64,000 nucleotides of DNA from Eledone cirrhosa (Eukaryota): the NCBI GenBank assembly GCA_964016885.1, contig OZ024743.1:280364001-280428000 (forward strand), written 5' to 3'. This document shows, one piece after another, positions 28,701 to 43,700 of this stretch. How positions within the stretch are numbered: position 1 is the stretch's first letter; the number at the start of each line of letters is the position of its first letter. The notes under the pieces are model-generated. The model was not told the DNA's origin and made no database searches. It worked only from the letters and a program-made list of their open reading frames with translations. The translations under genes and the position numbers were made by a program.

Positions 28701-31700
28701 TAATGTTAGGTATAGTAATGGTTTTTGTATTAATATATGTGGTAATGTTGGGTATATTAATGGTGTTTGTATTAATATATGTGGTAATGTTGGGTATAGT
28801 AATGGTGTTTGTATTAATATATGTGGTAATGTTAGGTATAGTAATGGTGTTTGTATTAATGTATGTGGTAACGTTGGGTATAGTAATGGTGTTTGTATAA
28901 ATGTATGTGCTAATGTTAGGTATAGTAATGGTGTTTGTATTAATGTATGTGGTAATGTTGGGCATAGTAATGGTGTTTGTATTAATATATGTGGTAATGT
29001 TAGGTATAGTAATGGTTTTTGTATTAATATATGTGGTAATGTTGTGTATAGTAATGGTGTTTGTATTAATGTATGTAGTAATGTTGGGTATAGTAATAGT
29101 GTTTGTATTAATATATGTGGTAATGTTAGGTATAGTAATGGTTTTTGTATTAATATATGTGGTAATGTTGTGTATAGTAATTGTGTTTGTATTAATGTAT
29201 GTAGTAATGTTGGGTATATTAATAGTGTTTGTATTAATGTATGTGGTAATGTTGGGTATAGTAATGGTGTTTGTATTAATGTATGTGGTAATGTTGTGTA
29301 TAGTAATGGTGTTTGTATTAATGTATGTGGTAATGTTGGGTATAGTAATAGTGTTTGTATTAATATATGTGGTAATGTTGGGTATAGTAATGGTGTTTGT
29401 ATTAATATATGTGGTAATGTTGGGTATAGTAATGGTTTTTGTATTAATATATGTGGTAATGTTGGGTATAGTAATAGTGTTTGTATTAATATATGTGGTA
29501 ATGTTAGGTATAGTAATGGTTTTTGTATTAATATATGTGGTAATGTTGGGTATAGTAATGGTGTTTGTATTAATATATGTGGTAATGTTGGGTATAGTAA
29601 TGGTGTTTGTATTAATATATGTGGTAATGTTGGGTATAGTAATGGTGTTTGTATTAATATATGTGGTAATGTTGTGTATAGTAATGGTGTTTGTATTAAT
29701 ATATGTGGTAATGTTGGGTATAGTAATGGTGTTTGTATTAATATATGTGGTAATGTTGTGTATAGTAATAGTGTTTGTATTAATATATGTGGTAATGTTG
29801 GGTATAGTAATGGTGTTTGTATTAATATATGTGGTAATGTTGTGTATAGTAATAGTGTTTATATTAATATATGTGGTAATGTTGGGTATAGTAATGGTGT
29901 TTGTATTAATATATGTGGTAATGTTGGGTATAGTAATGGTGTTTGTATTAATATATGTCGTAATGTTGTGTATAGTAATGGTGTTTGTATTAATGTATGT
30001 AGTAATGTTAGGTATAGTAATGGTGTTTGTATTAATGTATGTGGTAATGTTGGGTATAGTAATGGTGTTTGTATTAATGTATGTGGTAATGTTGTGTATA
30101 GTAATGGTGTTTGTATTAATGTATGTGGTAATGTTGGATATAGTAATGGTGTTTGTATTAATATATGTGGTAATGTTGTGTATAGTAATGGTGTTTGTAT
30201 TAATGTATGTAGTAATGTTAGGTATAGTAATGGTGTTTGTATTAATGTATGTAGTAATGTTAGGTATAGTAATGGTGTTTGTATTAATATATGTGGTAAT
30301 GCTGGGTATAGTAATGGTGTTTGTATTAATGTATGTGGTAATGTTGGGTGTAGTAATGTTGTTTGTATTAATATATGTGGTAATGTTGTGTATAGTAATG
30401 GTGTTTGTATTAATGTATGTGGTAATGTTGGGTATAGTAATGGTGTTTGTATTAATATATGTGGTAATGTTGTGTATAGTAATGGTGTTTGTATTAATGT
30501 ATGTAGTAATGTTAGGTATAGTAATGGTGTTTGTATTAATGTATGTGGTAATGTTGGGTATAGTAATGGTGTTTGTATTAATATATGTGGTAATGTTGTG
30601 TATAGTAATGGTGTTTGTATTAATGTATGTAGTAATGTTGGGTATAGTAATAGTGTTTGTATTAATGTATGTGGTAATGTTGGGTATAGTAATGGTGTTT
30701 GTATTAATGTATGTGGTAATGTTGGGTATAGTAATAGTGTTTGTATTAATATATGTGGTAATGTTGGGTATAGTAATGGTGTTTGTATTAATGTATGTGG
30801 TAATGTTGGGTATAGTAATAGTGTTTGTATTAATATATGTGGTAATGTTGGGTATAGTAATAGTGTTTGTATTAATATATGTGGTAATGTTGGGTATAGT
30901 AATGGTGTTTGTATTAATGTATGTGGTAATGTTAGGTATAGTAATGGTGTTTGTATTAATGTATGTGGTAATGTTGTGTATAGTAATGGTGTTTGTATTA
31001 ATGTATGTGGTAATGTTGGGTATAGTAATCGTGATTGTATTAATGTATGTAGTAATGTTAGGTATAGTAATGGTGTTTGTATTAATGTATGTAGTAATGT
31101 TGGGTATAGTAATAGTGTTTGTATTAATATATGTGGTAATGTTAGGTATAGTAATGGTTTTTGTATTAATATATGTGGTAATGATGGGTATAGTAATGGT
31201 GTTTGTATTAATATATGTGGTAATGTTAGGTATAGTAATGGTTTTTGTATTAATATATGTGGTAATGTTGGGTATATTAATGGTGTTTGTATTAATATAT
31301 GTGGTAATGTTGGGTATAGTAATGGTGTTTGTATTAATATATGTGGTAATGTTAGGTATAGTAATGGTGTTTGTATTAATGTATGTGGTAACGTTGGGTA
31401 TAGTAATGGTGTTTGTATAAATGTATGTGCTAATGTTAGGTATAGTAATGGTGTTTGTATTAATGTATGTGGTAATGTTGGGCATAGTAATGGTGTTTGT
31501 ATTAATATATGTGGTAATGTTAGGTATAGTAATGGTTTTTGTATTAATATATGTGGTAATGTTGTGTATAGTAATGGTGTTTGTATTAATGTATGTAGTA
31601 ATGTTGGGTATAGTAATAGTGTTTGTATTAATATATGTGGTAATGTTAGGTATAGTAATGGTTTTTGTATTAATATATGTGGTAATGTTGTGTATAGTAA

Positions 31701-34260
31701 TTGTGTTTGTATTAATGTATGTAGTAATGTTAGGTATATTAATAGTGTTTGTATTAATGTATGTGGTAATGTTGGGTATAGTAATGGTGTTTGTATTAAT
31801 GTATGTGGTAATGTTGTGTATAGTAATGGTGTTTGTATTAATGTATGTGGTAATGTTGGGTATAGTAATAGTGTTTGTATTAATATATGTGGTAATGTTG
31901 GGTATAGTAATGGTGTTTGTATTAATATATGTGGTAATGTTGGGTATAGTAATGGTTTTTGTATTAATATATGTGGTAATGTTGGGTATAGTAATAGTGT
32001 TTGTATTAATATATGTGGTAATGTTAGGTATAGTAATGGTTTTTGTATTAATATATGTGGTAATGTTGGGTATAGTAATGGTGTTTGTATTAATATATGT
32101 GGTAATGTTGGGTATAGTAATGGTGTTTGTATTAATATATGTGGTAATGTTGGGTATAGTAATGGTGTTTGTATTAATATATGTGGTAATGTTGTGTATA
32201 GTAATGGTGTTTGTATTAATATATGTGGTAATGTTGGGTATAGTAATGGTGTTTGTATTAATATATGTGGTAATGTTGTGTATAGTAATAGTGTTTGTAT
32301 TAATATATGTGGTAATGTTGGGTATAGTAATGGTGTTTGTATTAATATATGTGGTAATGTTGTGTATAGTAATAGTGTTTATATTAATATATGTGGTAAT
32401 GTTGGGTATAGTAATGGTGTTTGTATTAATATATGTGGTAATGTTGGGTATAGTAATGGTGTTTGTATTAATATATGTCGTAATGTTTTGTATAGTAATG
32501 GTGTTTGTATTAATGTATGTAGTAATGTTAGGTATAGTAATGGTGTTTGTATTAATGTATGTGGTAATGTTGGGTATAGTAATGGTGTTTGTATTAATGT
32601 ATGTGGTAATGTTGTGTATAGTAATGGTGTTTGTATTAATGTATGTGGTAATGTTGGATATAGTAATGGTGTTTGTATTAATATATGTGGTAATGTTGTG
32701 TATAGTAATGGTGTTTGTATTAATGTATGTAGTAATGTTAGGTATAGTAATGGTGTTTGTATTAATGTATGTAGTAATGTTAGGTATAGTAATGGTGTTT
32801 GTATTAATATATGTGGTAATGCTGGGTATAGTAATGGTGTTTGTATTAATGTATGTGGTAATGTTGGGTGTAGTAATGTTGTTTGTATTAATATATGTGG
32901 TAATGTTGTGTATAGTAATGGTGTTTGTATTAATGTATGTGGTAATGTTGGGTATAGTAATGGTGTTTGTATTAATATATGTGGTAATGTTGTGTATAGT
33001 AATGGTGTTTGTATTAATGTATGTAGTAATGTTAGGTATAGTAATGGTGTTTGTATTAATGTATGTGGTAATGTTGGGTATAGTAATGGTGTTTGTATTA
33101 ATATATGTGGTAATGTTGTGTATAGTAATGGTGTTTGTATTAATGTATGTAGTAATGTTGGGTATAGTAATAGTGTTTGTATTAATGTATGTGGTAATGT
33201 TGGGTATAGTAATGGTGTTTGTATTAATGTATGTGGTAATGTTGGGTATAGTAATAGTGTTTGTATTAATATATGTGGTAATGTTGGGTATAGTAATGGT
33301 GTTTGTATTAATGTATGTGGTAATGTTGGGTATAGTAATAGTGTTTGTATTAATATATGTGGTAATGTTGGGTATAGTAATAGTGTTTGTATTAATATAT
33401 GTGGTAATGTTGGGTATAGTAATGGTGTTTGTATTAATGTATGTGATAATGTTAGGTATAGTAATGGTGTTTGTATTAATGTATGTGGTAATGTTGTGTA
33501 TAGTAATGGTGTTTGTATTAATGTATGTGGTAATGTTGGGTATAGTAATCGTGATTGTATTAATGTATGTAGTAATGTTAGGTATAGTAATGGTGTTTGT
33601 ATTAATGTATGTGGTAATGTTGGGTATAGTAATAGTGTTTGTATTAATATATGTGGTAATGTTGGGTATAGTAATGGTGTTTGTATTAATGTATGAGGTA
33701 ATGTTAGGTATAGTAATGGTGTTTGTATTAATGTATGTGGTAATGTTGTGTATAGTAATGTTGTTTGTATTAATGTATGTGGTAATGTTGGGTATAGTAA
33801 TCGTGATTGTATTAATGTATGTAGTAATGTTAGGTATAGTAATGGTGTTTGTATTAATGTATGTGGTAATGTTGGGTATAGTAATAGTGTTTGTATTAAT
33901 ATATGTGGTAATGTTGGGTATAGTAATGGTGTTTGTATTAATGTATGTGGTAATGTTAGGTATAGTAATGGTGTTTGTATTAATGTATGTGGTAATGTTG
34001 TGTATAGTAATGGTGTTTGTATTAATGTATGTGGTAATGTTGGGTATAGTAATCGTGATTGTATTAATGTATGTAGTAATGTTAGGTATAGTAATGGTGT
34101 TTGTATTAATATATGTGGTAATGTTAGGTATAGTAATGGTTTTTGTATTAATGTATGTGGTAATGTTGGGTATAGTAATCGTGATTGTATTAATGTATGT
34201 AGTAATGTTGGGTATAGTAATGGTGTTTGTATTAATGTATGTGGTAATGTGGGTATAGTA
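17581..34260. repeat. Middle array domain: irregular higher-order repeat marked by an ATAAATGTATGTGCTA monomer (periods 55, 78, 53, 59, 60 monomers)
   Basis: The marker monomer starts at 18615, 20923, 24197, 26421, 28897 and 31417. The GGTTTTTGT (G37T) variant and the 41-bp deletion monomer first appear at about 17.6 kb. Boundaries are approximate. Confidence 0.8.
28595..33612. repeat. 60-monomer (2520-bp) near-perfect tandem duplication
   Basis: Rare variants pair at offset 2520: GTGCTA C28910/C31430, ATGTCGTAA C29959/C32479 and TTGGATA near 30138/32658. I noticed only about three differences by eye (near 31732, 32488 and 33446). Confidence 0.9.
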
Positions 34261-37200
34261 ATGGTGTTTGTATTAATATATGTGGTAATGTTAGGTATAG
34301 TAATGGTTTTTGTATTAATATATGTGGTAATGTTGGGTATAGTAATGGTGTTTGTATTAATATATGTGGTAATGTTGGGTATAGTAATGGTGTTTGTATT
34401 AATATATGTGGTAATGTTAGGTATAGTAATGGTTTTTGTATTAATATATGTGGTAATGTTGGGTATAGTAATGGTGTTTGTATTAATGTATGTGGTAATG
34501 TTGGGTATAGTAATGGTGTTTGTATTAATATGTGTGGTAATGTTAGGTATAGTAATGGTTTTTGTATTAATATATGTGGTAATGTTGGGTATAGTAATGG
34601 TGTTTGTATTAATGTATGTGGTAATGTTGGGTATAGTAATGGTGTTTGTATTAATATATGTGGTAATGTTAGGTATAGTAATGGTTTTTGTATTAATATA
34701 TGTGGTAATGTTGGGTATAGTAATGGTGTTTGTATTAATATATGTGGTAATGTTGGGTATAGTTATGGTGTTTGTATTAATATATGTGGTAATGTTAGGT
34801 ATAGTAATGGTTTTTGTATTAATATATGTGGTAATGTTAGGTATAGTAATGGTTTTTGTATTAATATATGTGGTAATGTTGGGTATAGTAATGGTTTTTG
34901 TATTAATATATGTGGTAATGTTGGGTATAGTAATGGTGTTTGTATTAATGTATGTAGTAATGTTAGGTATAGTAATGGTGTTTGTATTAATATATGTGGT
35001 AATGTTGGGTATAGTAATGGTGTTTGTATTAATGTATGTGGTAATGTTGGATATAGTAATGGTGTTTGTATTAATATATGTGGTAATGTTGGGTATAGTA
35101 ATGGTGTTTGTATTAATATATGTGGTAATGTTGTGTATAGTAATGGTGTTTGTATTAATGTATGTAGTAATGTTAGGTATAGTAATGGTGTTTGTATTAA
35201 TGTATGTGGTAATGTTGGGTGTAGTAATGTTGTTTGTATTAATATATGTGGTAATGTTGTGTATAGTAATGGTGTTTGTATTAATGTATGTAGTAATGTT
35301 GGGTATAGTAATAGTGTTTGTATTAATGTATGTGGTAATGTTGGGTGTAGTAATGGTGTTTGTATTAATATATGTGGTAATGTTAGGTATAGTAATGGTG
35401 TTTGTATTAATGTATGTGGTAATGTTGGGTATAGTAATAGTGTTTGTATTAATATATGTGGTAATGTCGTGTATAGTAATGGTGTTTGTATTAATGTATG
35501 TGGTAATGTTGGGTATAGTAATAGTGTTTGTATTAATATATGTGGTAATGTTGGGTATAGTAATGGTGTTTGTATTAATGTATGTGGTAATGTTGGGTAT
35601 AGTAATGGTGTTTGTATTAATATATGTGGTAATGTTGGGTATAGTAATGGTGTTTGTATTAATATATGTGGTAATGATGGGTATAGTAATGGTGTTTGTA
35701 TTAATGTATGTGGTAATGTGGGTATAGTAATGGTGTTTGTATTAATGTATGTGGTAATGTTGGGTATAGTAATAGTGTTTGTATTAATGTATGTGGTAAT
35801 GTTGGGTATAGTAATGGTGTTTGTATTAATGTATGTGGTAATGTTGGGTATAGTAATGGTGTTTGTATTAATGTATGTGGTAATGTTAGGTATAGTAATG
35901 GTGTTTGTATTAATGTATGTAGTAATGTTAGGTATAGTAATGGTGTTTGTATTAATGTATGTGGTAATGTTGGGTGTAGTAATGTTGTTTGTATTAATAT
36001 ATGTGGTAATGTTGTGTATAGTAATGGTGTTTGTATTAATGTATGTGGTAATGTTGGGTATAGTAATAGTGTTTCTATTAATATATGTGGTAATGTTGGT
36101 TATAGTAATGGTGTTTGCATTAATGTATGTGGTAATGTTGGGTATAGTAATGGTGTTTGTATTAATGTATGTGGTAATGTTGGGTATAGTAATGGTGTTT
36201 GTATTAATGTATGTGGTAATGTTGGGTATAGTAATAGTGTTTGTATTAATATATGTGGTAATGTTGGGTATAGTAATGGTGTTTGTATTAATATATGTGG
36301 TAATGATGGGTATAGTAATGGTGTTTGTATTAATGTATGTGGTAATGTGGGTATAGTAATGGTGTTTGTATTAATGTATGTGGTAATGTTGGGTATAGTA
36401 ATAGTGTTTGTATTAATGTATGTGGTAATGTTGGGTATAGTAATAGTGTTTGTATTAATATATGTGGTAATGTTGGGTATAGTAATGGTGTTTGTATTAA
36501 TGTATGTGGTAATGTTGGGTATAGTAATGGTGTTTGTATTAATATATGTGGTAATCTTGGGTATAGTAATAGTGTTTGTATTAATGTATGTGGTAATGTT
36601 GGGTATAGTAATGTTGTTTGTATTAATATATGTGGTAATGTTGTGTATAGTAATGGTGTTTGTATTAATGTATGTAGTAATGTTAGGTATAGTAATGGTG
36701 TTTGTATTAATGTATGTGGTAATGTTGGGTATAGTAATAGTGTTTGTATTAATGTATGTGGTAATGTTGGGTATAGTAATGTTGTTTGTATTAATATATT
36801 TGGTAATGTTGGGTATAGTAATGGTGTTTGTATTAACGTATGTAGTAATGTTGGGTATAGTAATAGTGTTTGTATTAATGTATGTGGTAATGTTGGGTAT
36901 AGTAATGGTGTTTGTATTAATGTATGTGGTAATGTTGTGTATAGTAATGGTGTTTGTATTAATGTATGTGGTAATGTTGGGTATAGTAATAGTGTTTGTA
37001 TTAATATATGTGGTAATGTTGTGTATAGTAATGGTGTTTGTATTAATATATGTGGTAATGTTGGGTATAGTAATAGTGTTTGTATTAATATATGTGGTAA
37101 TGTCGTGTATAGTAATGGTGTTTGTATTAATGTATGTAGTAATGTTAGGTATAGTAATGGTGTTTGTATTAATGTATGTATTAATGTTAGGTATAGTAAT

Positions 37201-40200
37201 GGTGTTTGTATTAATGTATGTGGTAATGTTGGGTATAGTAATGGTGTTTGTATTAATGTATGTGGTAATGTTGGGTATAGTAATGGTGTTTGTATTGATA
37301 TATGTGGTAATGTTGGGTATAGTAATGGTGTTTGTATTAATATATGTGGTAATGCTGGGTATAGTAATGGTGTTTGTATTAATGTATGTGGTAATGTTGT
37401 GTATAGTAATGGTGTTTGTATTAATATATGTGGTAATGTTGTGTATAGTAATGGTGTTTGTATTAATATATGTGGTAATGTTGGGTATAGTAATGGTGTT
37501 TGTATTAATGTATGTGGTAATGTTGGGTATAGTAATGGTGTTTGTATTAATGTATGTGGTAATGTTGGGTATAGTAATGGTGTTTGTATTAATGTATGTG
37601 GTAATGTTGGGTATAGTAATGGTGTTTGTATTAATGTATGTGGTAATGTTGGGTATAGTAATCGTGTTTGTATTAATGTATGTAGTAATGTTGGGTATAG
37701 TAATGGTGTTTGTATTAATGTATGTGGTAATGTTGGGTATAGTAATAGTGTTTGTATTAATGTATGTGGTAATGTTGGGTATAGTAATGGTGTTTGTATT
37801 AATATATGTGGTAACGTTAGGTATAGTAATGGTTTTTGTATTAATATATGTGGTAATGTGGGTATAGTAATGGTGTTTGTATTAATATATGTGGTAATGT
37901 TAGGTATAGTAATGGTTTTTGTATTAATATATGTGGTAATGTTGGGTATAGTAATGGTGTTTGTATTAATATATGTGGTAACGTTAGGTATAGTAATGGT
38001 TTTTGTATTAATATATGTGGTAATGTTGGGTATAGTAATGGTGTTTGTATTAATATATGTGGTAATGTTGGGTATAGTAATGGTGTTTGTATTAATGTAT
38101 GTGGTAATGTTGGGTATAGTAATAGTGTTTGTATTAATATATGTGGTATTGATGGGTATAGTAATGGTGTTTGTATTAATGTATGTGGTAATGTTGGGTA
38201 TAGTAATGGTGTTTGTATTAATGTATGTGGTAATGTTGGGTATAGTAATGGTGTTTGTATTAATGTATGTGGTAATGTTGGGTATAGTAATCGTGTTTGT
38301 ATTAATGTATGTAGTAATGTTGGGTATAGTAATGGTGTTTGTATTAATGTATGTGGTAATGTGGGTATAGTAATGGTGTTTGTATTAATATATGTGGTAA
38401 TGTTAGGTATAGTAATGGTTTTTGTATTAATATATGTGGTAATGTTGGGTATAGTAATGGTGTTTGTATTAATATATGTGGTAACGTTAGGTATAGTAAT
38501 GGTTTTTGTATTAATATATGTGGTAATGTTGGGTATAGTAATGGTGTTTGTATTAATGTATGTGGTAATGTTGGGTATAGTAATAGTGTTTGTATTAATA
38601 TATGTAGTAATGTTGGGTATAGTAATGGTGTTTGTATTAATGTATGTGGTAATGTTGGGTATAGTAATGGTGTTTGTATTAATGTACGTGGTAATGTTGG
38701 GTATAGTAATAGTGTTTGTATTAATATATGTGGTAATGTTGGGTATAGTAATGGTGTTTGTATTAATATATGTGGTAATGTTGGGTATAGTAATGGTGTT
38801 TGTATTAATGTATGTGGTAATGTTGGGTATAGTAATGGTGTTTGTATTAATGTATGTGGTAATGTGGGTATAGTAATGTTGTTTGTATTAATGTATGTGG
38901 TAATGTGGGTATAGTAATGTTGTTTGTATTAATATATGTGGTAATGTTGGGTATAGTAATGGTGTTTGTATTAATATATGTGGTAATGTTGGGTATAGTA
39001 ATGGTGTTTGTATTAATGTATGTGGTAATGTTGTGTATAGTAATGGTGTTTGTATTAATATATGTAGTAATGTTGGGTATAGTAATGATGTTTGTATTAA
39101 TGTATGTTGTAATGTTGGGTATAGTAATAGTGTTTGTATTAATGTATGTGGTAATGTTGGGTATAGTAATGGTTTTTGTATTAATATATGTGGTAATGTT
39201 GGGTATAGTAATGGTGTTTGTATTAATATATGTGGTAACGTTAGGTATAGTAATGGTGTTTGTATTAATATATGTGGTAATGTTAGGTATAGTAATGGTT
39301 TTTGTATTAATATATGTGGTAATGTTGGGTATAGTAATGGTGTTTGTATTAATATATGTGGTAACGTTAGGTATAGTAATGGTGTTTGTATTAATATATG
39401 TGGTAATGTTGGGTATAGTAATGGTGTTTGTATTAATGTATGTGGTAATGTTGGGTATAGTAATAGTGTTTGTATTAATATATGTGGTAATGATGGGTAT
39501 AGTAATGGTGTTTGTATTAATGTATGTGGTAATGTTGGGTATAGTAATGGTGTTTGTATTAATGTATGTGGTAATGTGGGTATAGTAATGGTGTTTGTAT
39601 TAATGTATGTGGTAGTGTTGGGTATAGTAATGGTGTTTGTATTAATGTATGTGGTAATGTTGTGTATAGTAATGGTGTTTGTATTAATATATGTGGTAAT
39701 GTTGTGTATAGTAATGGTGTTTGTATTGATATATGTGGTAATGTTGGGTATAGTAATGGTGTTTGTATTAATGTATGTGGTAATGTTGTGTATAGTAATG
39801 GTGTTTGTATTAATGTATGTGGTAATGTTGTGTATAGTAATGGTGTTTGTATTAATATATGTGGTAATGTTGTGTATAGTAATGGTGTTTGTATTAATAT
39901 ATGTGGTAATGTTGGGTATAGTAATGGTGTTTGTATTAATGTATGTGGTAATGTTGGGTATAGTAATAGTGTTTGTATTAATATATGTGGTAATGTTGGG
40001 TATAGTAATGGTGTTTGTATTAATATATGTGGTAATGTTGGGTATAGTAATGGTGTTTGTATTAATATATGTGGTAATGTTGGGTATAGTAATGGTGTTT
40101 GTATTAATATATGTGGTAATGTTGTGTATAGTAATGGTGTTTGTATTAATGTATGTAGTAATGTTAGGTATAGTAATGGTGTTTGTATTAATGTATGTGG

Positions 40201-40710
40201 TAATGTTGGGTATAGTAATGGTGTTTGTATTAATATATGTGGTAATGTTGTGTATAGTAATGGTGTTTGTATTAATATATGTGGTAATGTTGGGTATAGT
40301 AATGGTGTTTGTATTAATATATGTGGTAATGTTGGGTATAGTAATGGTGTTTGTATTAATATATGTGGTAATGTTGTGTATAGTAATGGTGTTTGTATTA
40401 ATGTATGTAGTAATGTTAGGTATAGTAATGGTGTTTGTATTAATGTATGTGGTAATGTTGGGTATAGTAATGGTGTTTGTATTAATATATGTGGTAATGT
40501 TGTGTATAGTAATGGTGTTTGTATTAATATATGTGGTAACTTTAGGTATAGTAATGGTTTTTGTATTAATATATGTGGTAATGTTGGGTATAGTAATGGT
40601 GTTTGTATTAATATATGTGGTAATGTTGGGTATAGTAATGGTGTTTGTATTAATGTATGTGGTAATGTTGGGTATAGTAATAGTGTTTGTATTAATATAT
40701 GTGGTAATGA

Positions 40711-43700
40711 TGGGTATAGTAATGGTGTTTGTATTAATGTATGTGGTAATGTTGGGTATAGTAATGGTGTTTGTATTAATGTATGTGGTAATGTTGGGTA
40801 TAGTAATGGTGTTTGTATTAATGTATGTGGTAATGTTGGGTATAGTAATCGTGTTTGTATTAATGTATGTAGTAATGTTGGGTATAGTAATGGTGTTTGT
40901 ATTAATGTATGTGGTAATGTGGGTATAGTAATGGTGTTTGTATTAATATATGTGGTAATGTTAGGTATAGTAATGGTTTTTGTATTAATATATGTGGTAA
41001 TGTTGGGTATAGTAATGGTGTTTGTATTAATATATGTGGTAACGTTAGGTATAGTAATGGTTTTTGTATTAATATATGTGGTAATGTTGGGTATAGTAAT
41101 GGTGTTTGTATTAATATATGTAGTAATGTTGGGTATAGTAATGGTGTTTGTATTAATGTATGTGGTAATGTTGGGTATAGTAATGGTGTTTGTATTAATG
41201 TACGTGGTAATGTTGGGTATAGTAATAGTGTTTGTATTAATATATGTGGTAATGTTGGGTATAGTAATGGTGTTTGTATTAATATATGTGGTAATGTTGG
41301 GTATAGTAATGGTGTTTGTATTAATGTATGTGGTAATGTTGGGTATAGTAATGGTGTTTGTATTAATGTATGTGGTAATGTGGGTATAGTAATGTTGTTT
41401 GTATTAATGTATGTGGTAATGTGGGTATAGTAATGTTGTTTGTATTAATATATGTGGTAATGTTGGGTATAGTAATGGTGTTTGTATTAATATATGTGGT
41501 AATGTTGGGTATAGTAATGGTGTTTGTATTAATGTATGTGGTAATGTTGTGTATAGTAATGGTGTTTGTATTAATATATGTAGTAATGTTGGGTATAGTA
41601 ATGATGTTTGTATTAATGTATGTTGTAATGTTGGGTATAGTAATAGTGTTTGTATTAATGTATGTGGTAATGTTGGGTATAGTAATGGTTTTTGTATTAA
41701 TATATGTGGTAATGTTGGGTATAGTAATGGTGTTTGTATTAATATATGTGGTAACGTTAGGTATAGTAATGGTGTTTGTATTAATATATGTGGTAATGTT
41801 AGGTATAGTAATGGTTTTTGTATTAATATATGTGGTAATGTTGGGTATAGTAATGGTGTTTGTATTAATATATGTGGTAACGTTAGGTATAGTAATGGTG
41901 TTTGTATTAATATATGTGGTAATGTTGGGTATAGTAATGGTGTTTGTATTAATGTATGTGGTAATGTTGGGTATAGTAATAGTGTTTGTATTAATATATG
42001 TGGTAATGATGGGTATAGTAATGGTGTTTGTATTAATGTATGTGGTAATGTTGGGTATAGTAATGGTGTTTGTATTAATGTATGTGGTAATGTGGGTATA
42101 GTAATGGTGTTTGTATTAATGTATGTGGTAGTGTTGGGTATAGTAATGGTGTTTGTATTAATGTATGTGGTAATGTTGTGTATAGTAATGGTGTTTGTAT
42201 TAATATATGTGGTAATGTTGTGTATAGTAATGGTGTTTGTATTGATATATGTGGTAATGTTGGGTATAGTAATGGTGTTTGTATTAATGTATGTGGTAAT
42301 GTTGTGTATAGTAATGGTGTTTGTATTAATGTATGTGGTAATGTTGTGTATAGTAATGGTGTTTGTATTAATATATGTGGTAATGTTGTGTATAGTAATG
42401 GTGTTTGTATTAATATATGTGGTAATGTTGGGTATAGTAATGGTGTTTGTATTAATGTATGTGGTAATGTTGGGTATAGTAATAGTGTTTGTATTAATAT
42501 ATGTGGTAATGTTGGGTATAGTAATGGTGTTTGTATTAATATATGTGGTAATGTTGGGTATAGTAATGGTGTTTGTATTAATATATGTGGTAATGTTGGG
42601 TATAGTAATGGTGTTTGTATTAATATATGTGGTAATGTTGTGTATAGTAATGGTGTTTGTATTAATGTATGTAGTAATGTTAGGTATAGTAATGGTGTTT
42701 GTATTAATGTATGTGGTAATGTTGGGTATAGTAATGGTGTTTGTATTAATATATGTGGTAATGTTGTGTATAGTAATGGTGTTTGTATTAATATATGTGG
42801 TAATGTTGGGTATAGTAATGGTGTTTGTATTAATATATGTGGTAATGTTGGGTATAGTAATGGTGTTTGTATTAATATATGTGGTAATGTTGTGTATAGT
42901 AATGGTGTTTGTATTAATGTATGTAGTAATGTTAGGTATAGTAATGGTGTTTGTATTAATGTATGTGGTAATGTTGGGTATAGTAATGGTGTTTGTATTA
43001 ATATATGTGGTAATGTTGTGTATAGTAATGGTGTTTGTATTAATGTATGTAGTAATGTTGGGTATAGTAATAGTGTTTGTATTAATGTATGTGGTAATGT
43101 TGGGTATAGTAATGGTGTTTGTATTAATGTATGTGGTAATGTTGTGTATAGTAATGGTGTTTGTATTAATGTATGTGGTAATGTTGGGTATAGTAATAGT
43201 GTTTGTATTAATATATGTGGTAATGTTGGGTATAGTAATGGTGTTTGTATTAATGTATGTGGTAATGTTGTGTATAGTAATGGTGTTTGTATTAATATAT
43301 GTGGTAATGTTGTGTATAGTAATGGTGTTTGTATTAATATATGTGGTAATTTTGGGTATAGTAATGGTGTTTGTATTAATGTATGTGGTAATGTTGGGTA
43401 TAGTAATGGTGTTTGTATTAATGTATGTGGTAATGTTGGGTATAGTAATGGTGTTTGTATTAATGTATGTGGTAATGTTGGGTATAGTAATGGTGTTTGT
43501 ATTAATGTATGTGGTAATGTTGGGTATAGTAATCGTGATTGTATTAATGTATGTAGTAATGTTGGGTATAGTAATGGTGTTTGTATTAATGTATGTGGTA
43601 ATGTGGGTATAGTAATGGTGTTTGTATTAATATATGTGGTAATGTTAGGTATAGTAATGGTTTTTGTATTAATATATGTGGTAATGTTGGGTATAGTAAT

